A stretch of DNA of 64,000 nucleotides from Octopus vulgaris. Lineage: Eukaryota. Below, piece after piece: positions 39,422-52,300 of this stretch (position 1 is its first letter; each line of letters begins with the position of its first letter). Where the stretch lies: the NCBI GenBank assembly GCA_951406725.2, contig OX597821.1:80724001-80788000 (forward strand). Reading direction: 5' to 3'. The notes beneath the pieces were generated by a model. It did no database searches and had not been told where the DNA came from. It saw nothing but the letters and a program-made list of their open reading frames with translations. Position numbers and translations under genes: made by a program.

Positions 39422-40612
39422 CTGGGTTTCACTCAGAGAGCTCAAGTAACAGCAAGTAAAATGTCCAACTTGTTTGTGAAAGAGGCTACAATCTGAGAAC
39501 GCCAGTAGCAATCCAAAAACCTTCTTTGCCCATGTCCAACGGAATTCCCGCTTGAACAACCAAATTGCAACGTTGGTAGACTCAACAGGCGTATCGATTG
39601 AGGACCCTTATCAACAGAGTCGATTATTTGCCAAGGCTTTTTCAACTATTTTCAAACAAGATGATGGTCGTGAACCCCCTCCATTTGATAGATCGGTACC
39701 TCCAATGTTTCGATTGGTCATCACGCGGGTCGAAGTCGAACGCGTTATTCAAGGCCTCGATGTCAACAAGGGTCACGGCCCTGACGGCATACACCCACGG
39801 GTTATCAAAGCGTTGGCTCCGATCATCTGCGAGCCCTTAACACGTCTATTCAATATGTCATTGGCGACGGGTGTTATACCTGCGGACTGGAGAACAGCGA
39901 TAATCTGCCCAATTTTCAAGAAAGGGAGCCGCGAATACCCGCTTAACTACCGACTGGTTTCTCTTACATCAATAATCAGCAAGATGTTCGAAACCATCCT
40001 TAAGAAAAGTATGATGCTCCACCTCCAAAACACAGCCTCTATCTCTGATTCCCAACACGGCTTCGTGCCGAAGAGAACATGCTTGACCAACTTACTGGTA
40101 ATGGAAGAATTGGTGACGTGCATCCTCGATGATAGTGATGCTGTTGACATCGTTTTATTGGACTTTGCCAAAGCTTTTGACTCGGTAAACCACTGCCTAT
40201 TACTTGTCAAGCTTCAAGCATATAGTTTCCATCTGGATATTGTACGATGGGTTGGTGCCTTCCTCTCAGATCACTCCTTCCAAGTCCAAGTTAATGGTTC
40301 ATGGTCTGACATCTCCAGTGCGAGCAGTGGCGTGCCTCAAGGTTCAGTGCTTGGGCCCTTATTGTTCTTAGTCTTCATAAATGACTTGCCCGACGACCTC
40401 ACGCAACACACCCTTCTATTTGCCGACGATTTCAAACTGGTCGCTCCTCGTGGTGATATAGAGGATCTTCGTCGATGCCTCCACCAAATTTAGAGATGGT
40501 CTAATGAATGGGACCTGTGTCTGAACGTGTCAAAGTGCTGTCATCTGCCAGTTGGCTCTCCTCCTGCAACTCAACTTGATTTCAAGCCGGGTCGTCTGCT
40601 GCTGGAGAGGAC
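39422..40612 (+). mobile_element. CR1-clade LINE reverse transcriptase fragment in SKA1 intron
   Basis: ORF 39552-40493: KGHGPDGI, NYRLVSLTS, QHGF, LDFAKAFD, GVPQGSVLGP, FADD; premature stop. Confidence 0.92.
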
Positions 40613-40793
40613 GAAATGCTTAGTGGTATATCGCCTGTCACTGCATTCTGAGTTCAAATTCCGTTGAGGTCAACCATGCCTTTCATCCTTTCAGGTTCAA
40701 TAAATTAAGTACCAGTGAAACACTGGGGGCGATGTAATCAATTAGTCCCCTCTTACCAAATTTCAGGCCTTGTGCCTGTAGTAGAAAGGATTA

Positions 40794-40824
<31 letters not shown>

Positions 40825-40838
40825 TTTTTTATTGCCAG

Positions 40839-41176
40839 TGTTTCTGAAACGAATTCTGCCAGTAACTTAAAGGAGAACACAAACAAGAAGGCAAACCTGT
40901 CCCCAGCAGAAGTTCCTCAAAAAGTCACAGAAAACAAGAACCTGTTGGAGCAGGAAGTGAAATATATTGAGTTTCTCACTGTGTCACAGTTTGATTCCAT
41001 TCCCAAATACATGAAAGGCCGAGTGACATACAAGCAGGTTAACAATGCCATTGAGGAACTGACTAAATGCTTTGAAGCCAAGTACAGCATAATGTCTCTC
41101 AGGAGAAAAGCTGTTCCAGAGAAGAAGAAGCATATTTATGAAATGTATAAAGCTCAAGAGACTTCTGATACTGAAG
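40839..41176 (+). CDS. SKA1: SKA1 coding exon 3 (linker and start of the microtubule-binding domain: IEFLTVSQFDSIPKYMKGRVTY...)
   Basis: Acceptor GCCAG| at 40838 completes codon AGT; donor G|GTTTGA at 41177 (phase 1). FxxIPxYMKGR and ET.DT.G motifs are typical of SKA1. Confidence 0.92.
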
Positions 41177-42291
41177 GTTTGACCCTTAATTTCTGTCTTT
41201 ATGCATTATTGTGTCTTGTGTGTGTGTGAATGATCCCTCCTTTCTCATCATTTTTTCTTTCATTGTTTCTGTTTTTGTTTTTCTGTTTTTTCATACATTC
41301 TTTCTTCTTTATTCTCTGTAATTTTACATTCATTTTTCCGGTTTTCCTCCATTCTTTTACCTGTCTATTTTTCATTGATCTTGGCCAAACCTTGGGATAC
41401 AAAGTCTAGATCCGTTTATGCCTTCCATTTCATTATCATTGCTATCAATTTAATGTCCACTCTTCCATGCTTGCATGGGTCAGACAGAATTTGTTGAGAC
41501 AGGTTTTCTACAGCCAGGTGCCTTCGCTGTCATCAACTCTCACCTGTTTCCAAGTAATATTTCCCTATAACCAGTCATTGTTTTCACAGAATATTGAATA
41601 TGAAAGACTGTGCTTGCATTACAGTGACACTCATATATCTCATCATCATCGTTTAACGTACGCTTTCCATGCTAGCATGGGTTGGACGATTTGACTGAGG
41701 ACTGGCAAACCAGATGGCTGCACCAGGCTCCAATCTGATCTTGCAGAGTTTCTACTGCTGGATGCCCTTCTTAATGCCAACCATTCCAAGAGTGTAGTGG
41801 GTGCTTTTACATGCCACTGGCACAATAGCCAGTCAGGCGGTACTGGCAACGACCACGCTCAAATGATGCTTTTTATGTGCCACCTGCACAGGAGCCAGTC
41901 CAGCGGCACTGGCAACAACCTCGCTCGAATGTTTTTTTATGTGCCACCAGCACAAGTACCAGTAAGGCAATGCAGGTAACAATTACGCTCAAATGGTGAA
42001 TTTTACGTGCCCAGCGGCATGGAGGCCAGCTTGTTGCTCTGGCAACGATCACGCTCGTATGGTACTCTTAGTGCTCCACTAGCACGGATGCCAGTCATCG
42101 AATTTGATTTCACTTGCCTCAACAGATCTTCATAAGCAGAGTTTAGTGTCCAATGAAGGAAAGGTACGCATAAGTGGACTAGTTACACAATGTTATGGTC
42201 TCACTTGAGCTTGCCATATTAAGATATATTAAGCACATTATAGTATGAATGGCTCACAAGCGATTAAAAACCAAAAAGGAATTAATAAATA

Positions 42292-42746
42292 AAGGATGCA
42301 AAATAGCACCAGCAATTGCTAAAAGTAAGGGTCAAAAAATTAACTTTGAAAGCCACAAAAAACTCTAACCTCATTACATTTACCGGAAGCGGGCACAGCA
42401 AACTAAAACTATCTTTCCCTTGTGAGAAAGACTCGCAAAAAGAAATAGCTGGACAAAGCTTTATCACATGATTTCGAAATTTAACCAATACGGTCTTGAT
42501 TCTCTTCAGAAGCATCTACCAACTACACAAAGCTAAAGAATTAGACCTTATTGGTTAAATTTCAAAATCACATGATAAAGCTTTGTCTAGCTATTTGTTT
42601 TTGTGAGTCTTTCTCACAAGGGAAAGATCGTTTTAGTTTGCTGTGCCTGCTTCCGGTAAATGTAATGAGCTTAGTGTTCTTTGTGGCTTTCAGAGTTAAT
42701 GATTTGACTCCTATTTTTAGTAATCACTGGTGCTGTTTTGCACCTT
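42292..42746. repeat. Foldback with about 205-bp inverted arms (42292-42496 / 42543-42746) and a 46-bp spacer, in SKA1 intron 4
   Basis: The two arms produce the near-identical opposite-strand pseudo-ORFs 42282..42515(-) and 42551..42769(+). Confidence 0.93.
42458..42513 (-). ncRNA. Type I hammerhead ribozyme with intact catalytic core
   Basis: Minus strand: GCTT CTGAAGA GAAT-CAA-GACC-GTATT-GGTT-AA-ATTTC GAAA TCA-TG-TGA TA AAGC. Stem I GCTT/AAGC, G10.1-C11.1 pair, short palindromic stem III, AUA cleavage triplet. Confidence 0.75.
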
Positions 42747-43981
42747 ATATATATATCATCATCGTTTAACGTCCGTTTTCCATGCTAGCATGGGTTACAC
42801 ATATACATACATGCATGACAGGCTTTATTCTGTTTCCACCAAATTCACTCCCAAGCTTTTGGTTGGCCTGGGGTGAAGGTGCATGGCTCAGAGGTAGTGA
42901 CTTCGATTTCCGAACTGGACTGTGTGTTGTGTCCTTGAGCAAGACACTTTATTTCATGTTGCTTCAGTTCATTCAGCTGTAGAAATGAGTTGCGACATCA
43001 CTGATGTCAAACTGTGTCAGCGTATTTGCTTTTCCTTTGGAGAAGATGAGTGGCATGGAGAGGAGAGGTTGATAGGAATGAGCCACTGCTGGCCTTCAAC
43101 AAACAAACTTGCCCAGACTTGTACCTTGGAGGGGAACTTTCTAGGTGCAGACCCATGGTCATTCAAGACCGAAAGGAGGTCTTTACCCTTTAATAGTAGA
43201 AGACATTTGCCCATGGGGATTGAACCCAGAATTGTATGGTTGAGAAGCAAATTTCTTACCACACAGCCACATGGACTACAATATGACTGCCTTCATCTGC
43301 ATTAAAGTACCATTGTTGCTGTAGTTTCTTTAGCCCCAGACCAGCCCTGATTAAACAAACCTGTAATAAGAATTAGTCCAGCATTAGGTAGGACCATTAC
43401 ACTTTTTCTTTTTCATCAAGCACTCTATCTTTCTGTATTTAGCACATTAGTGTGTGATTTGAAAAAGATTTGGCTGTGGTTTCTAGCCAGTCAAGTGACT
43501 GCACAGAGTCTCCGTGTAGAGGGAGGTAGCATACAGCCACTTTCAGTTCTGCTTCAGCTGTCCTTCTGGTTGATTGAATGAAATATCTGACTGTTGTTTC
43601 TAGCCATCCCCCACCACATAGTGTGGTTGTCAAGCCAAAAACAATAGCAAGTTGTTTGAAGAAGCTTTATTAAATTCTATAAAAGTCAACTGATTTCAAA
43701 GACACCTTTCAACCATTGATGATGACAATGCTGCCTTTTCTTTTTTTCTTCCTCCTCTCTCCATTATTTCTATCTTTCTTTTTTTTCTTTCATTGTTTCT
43801 GTTTTTTGCTTATTCTTTCTTCTTTATTCTCAGTACTTTTACATTCATTTTTCCAGTTTTCATCCATTCTTTTACCTGTCTAGTTTTCACTGTTCTTCCC
43901 CCACCTCAAGAGACCAATACTTTTCCTAATGAAATGAAACGGTTGTTGAAGGCTTCATTTTTTCTCTTTTTCTTTCTACAG

Positions 43982-44136
43982 GTGTGTACTTCATTGTCGA
44001 CAATGACATGAAAGAGTACAGCAAACTTCGCAGTGATCCAACAACTCGATCCATCCTGGTGATGCTACGGCATGTTGGTCGAATCAGAGAAATCCGAGGA
44101 GGTGGTCTTGTCCGCTATGCTGCCACATTCTACTGA
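43982..44136 (+). CDS. SKA1: SKA1 coding exon 4, terminal (GVYFIVDNDMKEY...LRHVGRIREIRGGGLVRYAATFY*)
   Basis: Strong polypyrimidine tract plus TACAG| at 43981; phase matches. The C-terminal LRH..RI.E.RGGGL.RY motif is characteristic of SKA1; stop TGA 44134-44136. Confidence 0.93.
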
Positions 44137-46122
44137 CTCTTTTCCTCTCTCTCTCTCTCTCCCTCACACCCACACACAATGACTATAATTGTTTCAATTT
44201 GTTTATTTTCACTGTTCTCCCCCCCCCCTCTTTCTCTCCGTCACAAGACACCTGACAACGTGTTTCTGCTGTAAAAACCAAAAGACCAATACTTTTCCAA
44301 ATGAAATGAAACGGTAATTAAGAGGTTTGCTTCATGGCCACATGGTTTGTCGTCCAGGCCCACGGGGCAGCAACTTGGGCAGGAATTTTCAGTGACAGCC
44401 AAATGTTGACTAATTCCTTGTGAGAGTAATATTTTAATACAAACTGTATGGAAGCCCATCATGTGTGTGTGTGAAGGCTGCAGAATCATGAGTATGCTGG
44501 TTAAAAGTTTTAGCATTTCATCCGTGTTCGCGTTCTGAGTTTAGATTCTACCAAGGCCAACTTTGCATTTCGTCCTTTCGGAGTCAGTAGAATAAATACC
44601 AATTGAGCGCTGGAGTTGACAAAATAAGCACCATTTCAGTGCTGGGGTCAATGTAATCAACTTACCCCCAACTTCTAAATTCCTAGCCTTGTGCCAGAAT
44701 TTGGATATGAAAAACTAACAACATCAGTTCTCTTAAGTTAGAGCTGGAAATACACAATGACATCATAAAGAAAGGATATATATATATATATATATTATCA
44801 GGTACAGTGGGTTGATTGATAAGTTCACACTGTAACTTAGATGTACAGGGGTGTATATAGCAAGGTGCAGACTTGGTTGTATGATTTTCGAAGCTTGTGT
44901 CTCAAACATGTGGTTCATTCCCATTTCACAGCACCTTGGGTGTCTTCTACTGTAGCTCAGGGCTCACCAAAGTCTTGTGTGTGGATGTGGTAAATGGAAA
45001 CTGAAAGAAGCCCAGTGTATGTATATATATATTTATACATATACACATGTATGTATATTTTACTCATTTACTTGTTCAGTCATTTTGACTGTGACCATTA
45101 TGGAGCACCGCCTTTTATTCTTTGTAAGCCTAGTACTTATTCTATCGTTTTTTTTTTTTGACGAACTGCTAAGTTACGGGGATGTAAACACACCAGCATC
45201 AGTTGTCAAGCAATGTTGGGGGGACAAACACAGACACACAAACATACACATCATCATCATCATTTAGCGTCCGCTTTCCATGCTAGCATGAGTTGGACAA
45301 CGGAATAAGTCGAATATATCGACCCCTGTGCGTAACTGATACTTATTTAATCAATCCCGAAAGGATGAAAGGCAAAGTCGACCTTGGCAGAAATCGCCAC
45401 TCGACCTCCCACTTCCCTTCACCACCACCCTAGATGCATATACACTAGCGCCTGAATTATAGCGATCCCACTTTTTGATTCAAACTGTTGCTGTCAACTT
45501 CGTCCGAAAAATGAATTCCAGCTAAGCAATATTAATTTAATTCAGCCCGTACCTACCAGAAATATTTCTGTGCAATTGATTGATCTTTAGTTACCCCTGT
45601 TTATCTCTATTATGTTATGACTTTGTCTATTTCAGCCTCACGCCTCGTGTTATATATATATATAATTCTATAGTTCATCTCAATATATCGATGTCTCATG
45701 TCTTGTGTTAAATATATATATAATCCTATAGCTCGCCCCCTAATTTTATCGATCAGCCTCACGTCTCGTTAAATATATAATGAATATATTTATAATTTTA
45801 TAGCTCCTTACTTATCGATGTCCGAGATAAATTTAGCTCACGTATCTCCCATAAATCTGCAAAATATCTCTCTCTCAAATTTAGGTATTTTATACCTACT
45901 AATAAGTATTTCTCTCCAAGAAAGGAATGGCGCCCCTACATGGCTGCTAGTTTTCGCGGTGCACCCGCCAACGGTACAGGAAGTCCTAACTTTTCTCATC
46001 CTTGTCTCCCATGTACACTTCAAAGTCTTACGCCACCCCCACCTCCTTCCATAAAAGGTAGTGGTCATTCATTGCAAGATATGTTAGTGTAGTGTACGCG
46101 GTTTGAACTTGAATTTTATTGT

Positions 46123-47863
46123 TTGTCTATGGATCCTGCCAAACGCGAGTTTTCTTTTCAGGTTCATGAAGCTACTAGGGCCAATACCTCCCACACCCTC
46201 AGGGTTGGCACACTGAAAGGCAGATCTGGCGAGATCATTCAATTGCTTGAACGGAGGTGTGTTGATATATGCTGCATTCAAGAAGTGAGGTGGAGAGGAG
46301 GTTCTGCTAGGTTCCTCACAGGCAAAGGACAGAGGTACGAGATTTTCTGGGCTGGGAATACTGACGGGGTCGGGAGTGTGTGTATACTTATCGCCGATAA
46401 ATGGGTAGATAAGGTAATCGAGGTAGTCAGAGTATGTGACACAATACTTAAGATTAGATTAGTGCTTCATCATAGTTTAGCAACTATTATATCGGCCTAT
46501 GCCCCTCAGCCAGGGCTACCCGATGGACAGAAAGACCGTTTCTCTATGACACCCTACTGCAGACCACCTCATTGACGAACGACAGGGACCTTCTCTTTGT
46601 GGCTGGTGACTTCAATGGGCATGTTGGACGACATGCTGGGGGCTTCCATGGCGTACATGGAGGCTACGGTTATAGTTCCCGCAACAAGGAGGGAACCAGA
46701 CTGCTGGAGTTCTTCAATGCAAATAGTCTTATGGTTTGCAACACTAACTTAAGGAAACCAACAAGCCACCTGGTCACCTACCGATCGGGCCGGCATACTA
46801 GCCAAATTGACTACATCCTTGCCAGAAAAAGGGAAAGATGGCTGCTTATAAATGCCAAAACATTCCCAGGCGAAGAATGTACTCCACAACATAGACTGGT
46901 AGTTAGTGACTTTAGGATCAGGACTAAGAGGACGACTAGAAGACGACCAACATGGAGAAGAAGGGTCTGGAAGCTTAAAGACCCTGCGAATGGACAGAGA
47001 TTTAGAGACATGTTACTTGAAGCCTTTGACGAAATAGAAGTGGGTATAGCTACACATGGGGTAGAAGACAACTGGACGTTTCTAAGGGACAACCTGCTGA
47101 AAGCCACTGACCAGATCTGTGGCTGGTGCAAAGTCCCCTCAAGACCCAAAATAACGTGGTGGTGGAACAATATTGTTGACAGGGCTATTAGACAAAAGAA
47201 ACAGGCTTGGAAGAAAGGTGGTAGCAGGGAAGTGTATCAGACTGCCAGAAGGGAAGCTAGGAGGCAGGTGTATTTAGCCAGAGGGGAAGCAGATAAGAAA
47301 AAATTTGCCAATATTCTGCGCTGTGAGGATGAAAGACTTGAGGTATTTCGTGTTGCAAGACAGTGTGTGAGAGAGAATCGTGACGTGGTAGGAGAGAAAT
47401 GTGTTCGCAAGGATGACGGTTCACTTGTGCTAAATGAGGATGCAAAGAGAGAGGTTTGGAGACGCCACTATGAAAGGTTGCTAAATGAGGAAAATGAATG
47501 GGATAAAGAGAGTCTGCCGAATGTCGACCCAACAGAGGGACCAGCAATCCGAGTTGACAGTTCCTCAGTAGTTAAGGCAATTAGAAGCATGAAGACAGGG
47601 AAAGCCCCAGGCCCATCAGGAATTACTGCAGAGATGCTCAAAATATCTGGTAGTGTCGGCTATAGCCTAGTCACCCGTATAGTTAACCAGGTGATACACG
47701 AAGGAGTCATACCCAATGACTGGTGTAGCAGCATAATAGTCAACTGCTACAAAGGTAAAGGTGACGCCCTAGATACAAATAACTACAGGGGTATCAAGCT
47801 GCTGGATCAGGTAATGAAGGTTACGGAGAGGGTTATAGCCCAACTAATTAGAGAGAGAGTTAG
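46123..47863 (+). mobile_element. RTE-clade LINE (APE endonuclease plus start of RT), frameshifted and 3'-truncated
   Basis: DICCIQEVRW, SAYAPQ, GDFNGHVG, SQIDYIL, QHRLVV endonuclease motifs; KAPGPSGI and NYRGIKLL RT start; abuts a minisatellite. Confidence 0.93.
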
Positions 47864-47866
47864 CTT

Positions 47867-48503
47867 TGTGTTTGTGTGTGTGTACATATATATGTTTGTG
47901 TGAGTGTGTACATATATATGTTTGTGTGAGTGTGTACATATGTTTGTGTGTGTGTGTGTACATATGTTTGTGTGAGTGTACATATGTATGTTTGTGTGTG
48001 TGTGTGTACATATGTTTGTGCGAGTGTGTACATATGTTTGTGTGTGTGTACATATATATGTTTGTGTGAGTGTGTACATATATATCTTTGTGTGTGAGTG
48101 TGTACATATATATATTTGTGTGAGTGTGTACATATATATCTTTGTGTGTGTGTACATATATATCTTTTGTGCGTGTGTGTACATATATATGTTTGTGTGT
48201 GTGTGTACATATATGTTTGTGTGAGTGTGTACATATGTATGTTTGTGTGAGTGTGTACATATGTATGTTTGTGTGAGTGTGTACATATGTATGTTTGTGT
48301 GAGTGTGTACATGTACATACATGTTTGTGTGAGTGTGTACATATATATGTTTGTGTGTGTGTGTACATATATGTTTGTGTGAGTGTGTACATATATATGT
48401 TTGTGTGTGTGTACATATGTATGTTTGTGTGTGTGTGTGTACATATGTATGTTTGTGTGAGTGTGTACATGTACATATATGTTTGTGTGAGTGTGTACAT
48501 ATG
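47867..48503. repeat. Minisatellite, about 22-28-bp units (GTTTGTGTGAGTGTGTACATATAT variants)
   Basis: Directly visible; it produces the HT/YT-rich pseudo-ORFs. Confidence 0.95.
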
Positions 48504-48724
48504 TAGATGTGAACGCAGGAGATTTGTGTCTATGTATTGTGAGAATGTGGTTGCAGGTATTTTTTTTTCTTTTTTTCTTTTTCCATCTATTCCCTTTTAT
48601 TTAACGTGTTTTTTTTTTTCATAGTGACTGTTGCCATTAATAGCCAACGAGAATGTATCTTAGCACTCCGACATTTGAAATTCTGAGTACTATAATGACA
48701 ACTTTTGCTGTTTGTTCTAAAATA

Positions 48725-48906
48725 TATATAAATAATCCTCTATTTCTCCAATATCGAGGTCTCATTCATTTGTTCTTACATTTTGTTATTATTAAATTAC
48801 CTGCCGTACACCACAGCATTTTCTCTTAGAGGCTAATACAGCTTGTATTGAATATATGCTATTAATCGGTTGAGGACTTTCTCTCACAGAAGAATCTAAT
48901 ATGGAT
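48725..48906 (+). mobile_element. Diverged PLE 5' leader fragment related to 26207-26381
   Basis: Shared blocks CCTCTATTT..AATAT.GAGGTCTC, GCTAATAC.GC, ATCGGTTGAGGACT and AGAAT.TAATATGGAT. Confidence 0.65.
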
Positions 48907-49520
48907 CCATTCCTGCATTTGAAGAGCCATTCAATAGAGTCATTATTGATTGTGTTGGCCCATTGCCAAAAACTAAGTCCGGAAATCAGTATCTGTTGAC
49001 AATTATGTGTGCGTCAACGAGGTTCCCTGAGGCTATCCCATTGAGGAAGATCACATCTCCTGTGATAGTTAAGGCTTTGATCAAGTTTTTCACTATGGTT
49101 GGTTTGCCTAAAGAGGTTCAGTCTGATCATGGGTCTAATTTCATGTCAAGTTTGTTTCAACAGGCAAAGTATGAGTTGGGAATTAGGTTAAGTCTAGTGC
49201 TTACCATCTGGAGTCCCAAGGGGCTTTGGAAAGATTTCCTCAGACTCTTAATAACATGACCAGAGTCTATTGCTTTGAAACAGAGAAAGAATGAGATGAA
49301 AGCATTCAGTTGTTGTTGTTTGCCGTTAGGGAGTCAGTTCAGGAGTCATTAGGATTTAGTCCCTTTGAGTTAGCTTTTGGTCACACTTTCAGGGGCCCAC
49401 TCAAACGCTTGAAAGAATTATGGCTTAATGACCAACCCCAATTGAACTTGCTTGACTGTGGGTCTACTTTTCGAAATAGACTTTCCAAAGCTACTGAGGT
49501 TGCCAGAGAAAATTTGAAAA
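48907..49520 (+). mobile_element. Gypsy/Ty3 LTR-retrotransposon integrase fragment
   Basis: PFNRVIIDCVGPLPKTKSGNQYLLTIMCASTRFPEAIPL...VQSDHGSNF...LLFAVRESVQESLGFSPFELAFG, with frameshifts. Confidence 0.92.
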
Positions 49521-49528
49521 TGTGCATG

Positions 49529-49559
<31 letters not shown>

Positions 49560-51415
49560 AAGTATGCATATATAAGTACATGTGCGGAGGTTTGACTGTT
49601 TAAATGTGGTGCAGATACATGTGTGTATGTATATGCAAATATTTGTACTTTTATGTGTGTGTACATGTGCAAGTGTTTATGTATGTGTGTATATATATAC
49701 ATACATACACACACATATTCTTATATAGATATGTATACGTGTATGTATATATGTGGGTGTATATCTGTAAATGTATATGTCTGTGTATATGTATGTATAT
49801 ATGGATATTTAAGTATGTATGTATATGTATAAACGTGTGTGTGTGTGTATACGTGTATGTATATGTACATGAATGTATATGTGTGCGTACATACAAAAGA
49901 ATAAAAAGTCAAGAGACAAATTTATTAGAATGTATATGTGTGTGTTTATGTGTATATACACCATTCCACCTGTGACAACTAAATAGGTGACCACCACACA
50001 GATCAACTTTTGACAAGAACACCATACCGGTCATTCTTAAACCTTCCCCCACCCTGCTCTTCTCAATTACTATTAATCTTATTTTATATTCTTTTACTTG
50101 TTTCAGTCATTTGACTGTGGCCATGTTGGAGCACTGCCTTTAGTAGAGCAAATCGACCCCGGGACTTGTTCTTTGTAAGCCCAGTACTTATTCTATCGGT
50201 TTCTTGCCGAACCGCTAAGTGACGGGGACGTAAACACACCAGCCTCGGTTGTCAAGCAATGCTAGGGGGACAAACACAGACATGCAAACACACACGTGTA
50301 TATATATATATATATACATATATACGACAGGCTTCTTTCAGTTTCCGTCTACCAAATCCACTCACAAGGCTTTGGCCGGCCCGGGGCTATAGCAGAAGAC
50401 ACTTTCCCAAGATGCCACGCAGTGGGACTGAACCCGGAGCCATGTGGTTGGTTAGCAAGCTACTTACCACACAGCCTCATTTTAATTTTATTTATATATA
50501 TATATTTATTTTTTCTTGATTTCATTTACTTTTTTCTCCCTCCTTCCCCGCCTTCTTTCTTCCTTCCTTTTGTTGTTGTTGTTCTTCTTCTTCACACATG
50601 TTTTTGTATTCTTTATATACATACATACACGCATATTTGTGCGTGTGTGTGTGTTCGTTTATTTTGTTTCAGTCATTTCACTACAGCCATGCTGGAGCAC
50701 CATCTTTAGTCGAACGAGTCGCCCTCAGGACTTATTCTTTGTAACCCTAGTACTTATTTTATAGGGTTCTTTTGCCAAACTGCTAAGTTACAGGGACATA
50801 AACACACCAACATTGGTCGCCAAGCAATGGTGGGGGTACAAACACTGACACACAAATGTACACACACACACATATCTATCTATATATATATATATATGAC
50901 AGGCTTCTTTCAGTTTCCGTCTACCAAATCCACTCAAGGCTTTGGTCGGCCTAAGGCTATAGTAGAAGACATTTGCCCAAGGTGACATGCTGTGAGACTG
51001 AACCCAGAACCATGTGGTTAGGAAGGAAGCTTCTTTTTGTTGCTCTCAAGTTCCTGTGTGGCAAGCTTCTTACCACACAGCTACACTTGTGCTGATATAT
51101 ATTTTATTTTTATATTTTTTATTTATTTACTTTTTTCTACGTATATTCTTTTGTGTTTATACTTGTAAGAAAACTTCTGCCATTGATGCAACCAGTAAAA
51201 CACATTTTACAGTTTCAAAATAGCAAGATGAAGCTTGAAACTCATATCAGAGTAACTCACTGTAAACATTATTATTAAGATTAAAATAAAAACTATCTCC
51301 TCAAAAAAGCCATCTCTACTCATTCTTTCAAATACATACATATGCATGTATATGTATGTAAACTTATGTATGTATAATTATGTGTTATATATATATATAT
51401 GTGTGTGTGTGTGTA

Positions 51416-52300
51416 CTAGCAGCTAAGCCCGGTTTCTCCCGGTCTGTTTGGATGATGTGGCTGTGATCATTTTTGGTTAGGCATAATCTACAACACCGTT
51501 TCTCAACCTTATCATTTCGGGTCCCCTGTTTCGATTGGAGCCTCCAGCTGTATGAAAATTTCCTGACTCCCCCACCTTGTCAGAAAACAGCTTCAGGAGT
51601 TGTGAATAACGAATTTGTACATAGTCTGTTTCTGAGAGCTATTCTATTGGACCTCTGTCTAATCATTAAAACATTGATTTAATTATGAACATAGAAAGAA
51701 TCCCTATTTTTGTAAGCAATTGTATTTGTAAAAATTTTATTCACAAAGAGCAGAAATCGAAAGAAGTTATATGAAATGGACGTGTGTGTGTGCTCGTCTT
51801 ATAAAATTTTTATAATAGTTGATTTATAGAAAAGATTGTTAAATTTTTGAAATGCAAATATATGAATGAAAATTAAGTTCAGACCTCTACATGGTAGCTA
51901 GACCTGGTAGAAATAGCAACCAAATCTCCCTACTATCTTAATCTGACAATTCTGCCTATTATGTAGTTTGAATGAGAAACTGTAACTAAAGATTAAGATT
52001 ATTAACCCCACAAAGAGGTGAAAGAAGCGAGACAGCATAGCGAAAGTTTTGGCTGGCTGTCATCCTGTACTCCCCTTGTTGCTAGCGAAATAGTATGTGC
52101 CGGCTGTGTGAGCAACTGGTTGTTTTAATGGCAGAACAAACATGGGAATTTCATTAGAAAAAAATACAAATCGCATTCCAATCTATGCACCCATCTCCAC
52201 ATATATGCCATTTTTCACGCGAATCCACCCAGCCGTTTGGCTGTGAACCTCAAGACAAGAAAGAATACAACGATCGCCCATGTCCAATTTATATTATAGA
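51416..52300 (-). mobile_element. Non-autonomous Helitron (second family)
   Basis: Plus strand A|CTAG at 51415-51419, hairpin CCGGTTTCTCCCGG, other end TATAGA|T at 52300-52301 (5'-TC on minus). Confidence 0.6.

Noticed and set aside
47807-48624. 171-218-aa ORFs and the apparent C-terminal extension of the RTE ORF
   Set aside because: Produced by a minisatellite; RTE homology ends at about 47863.
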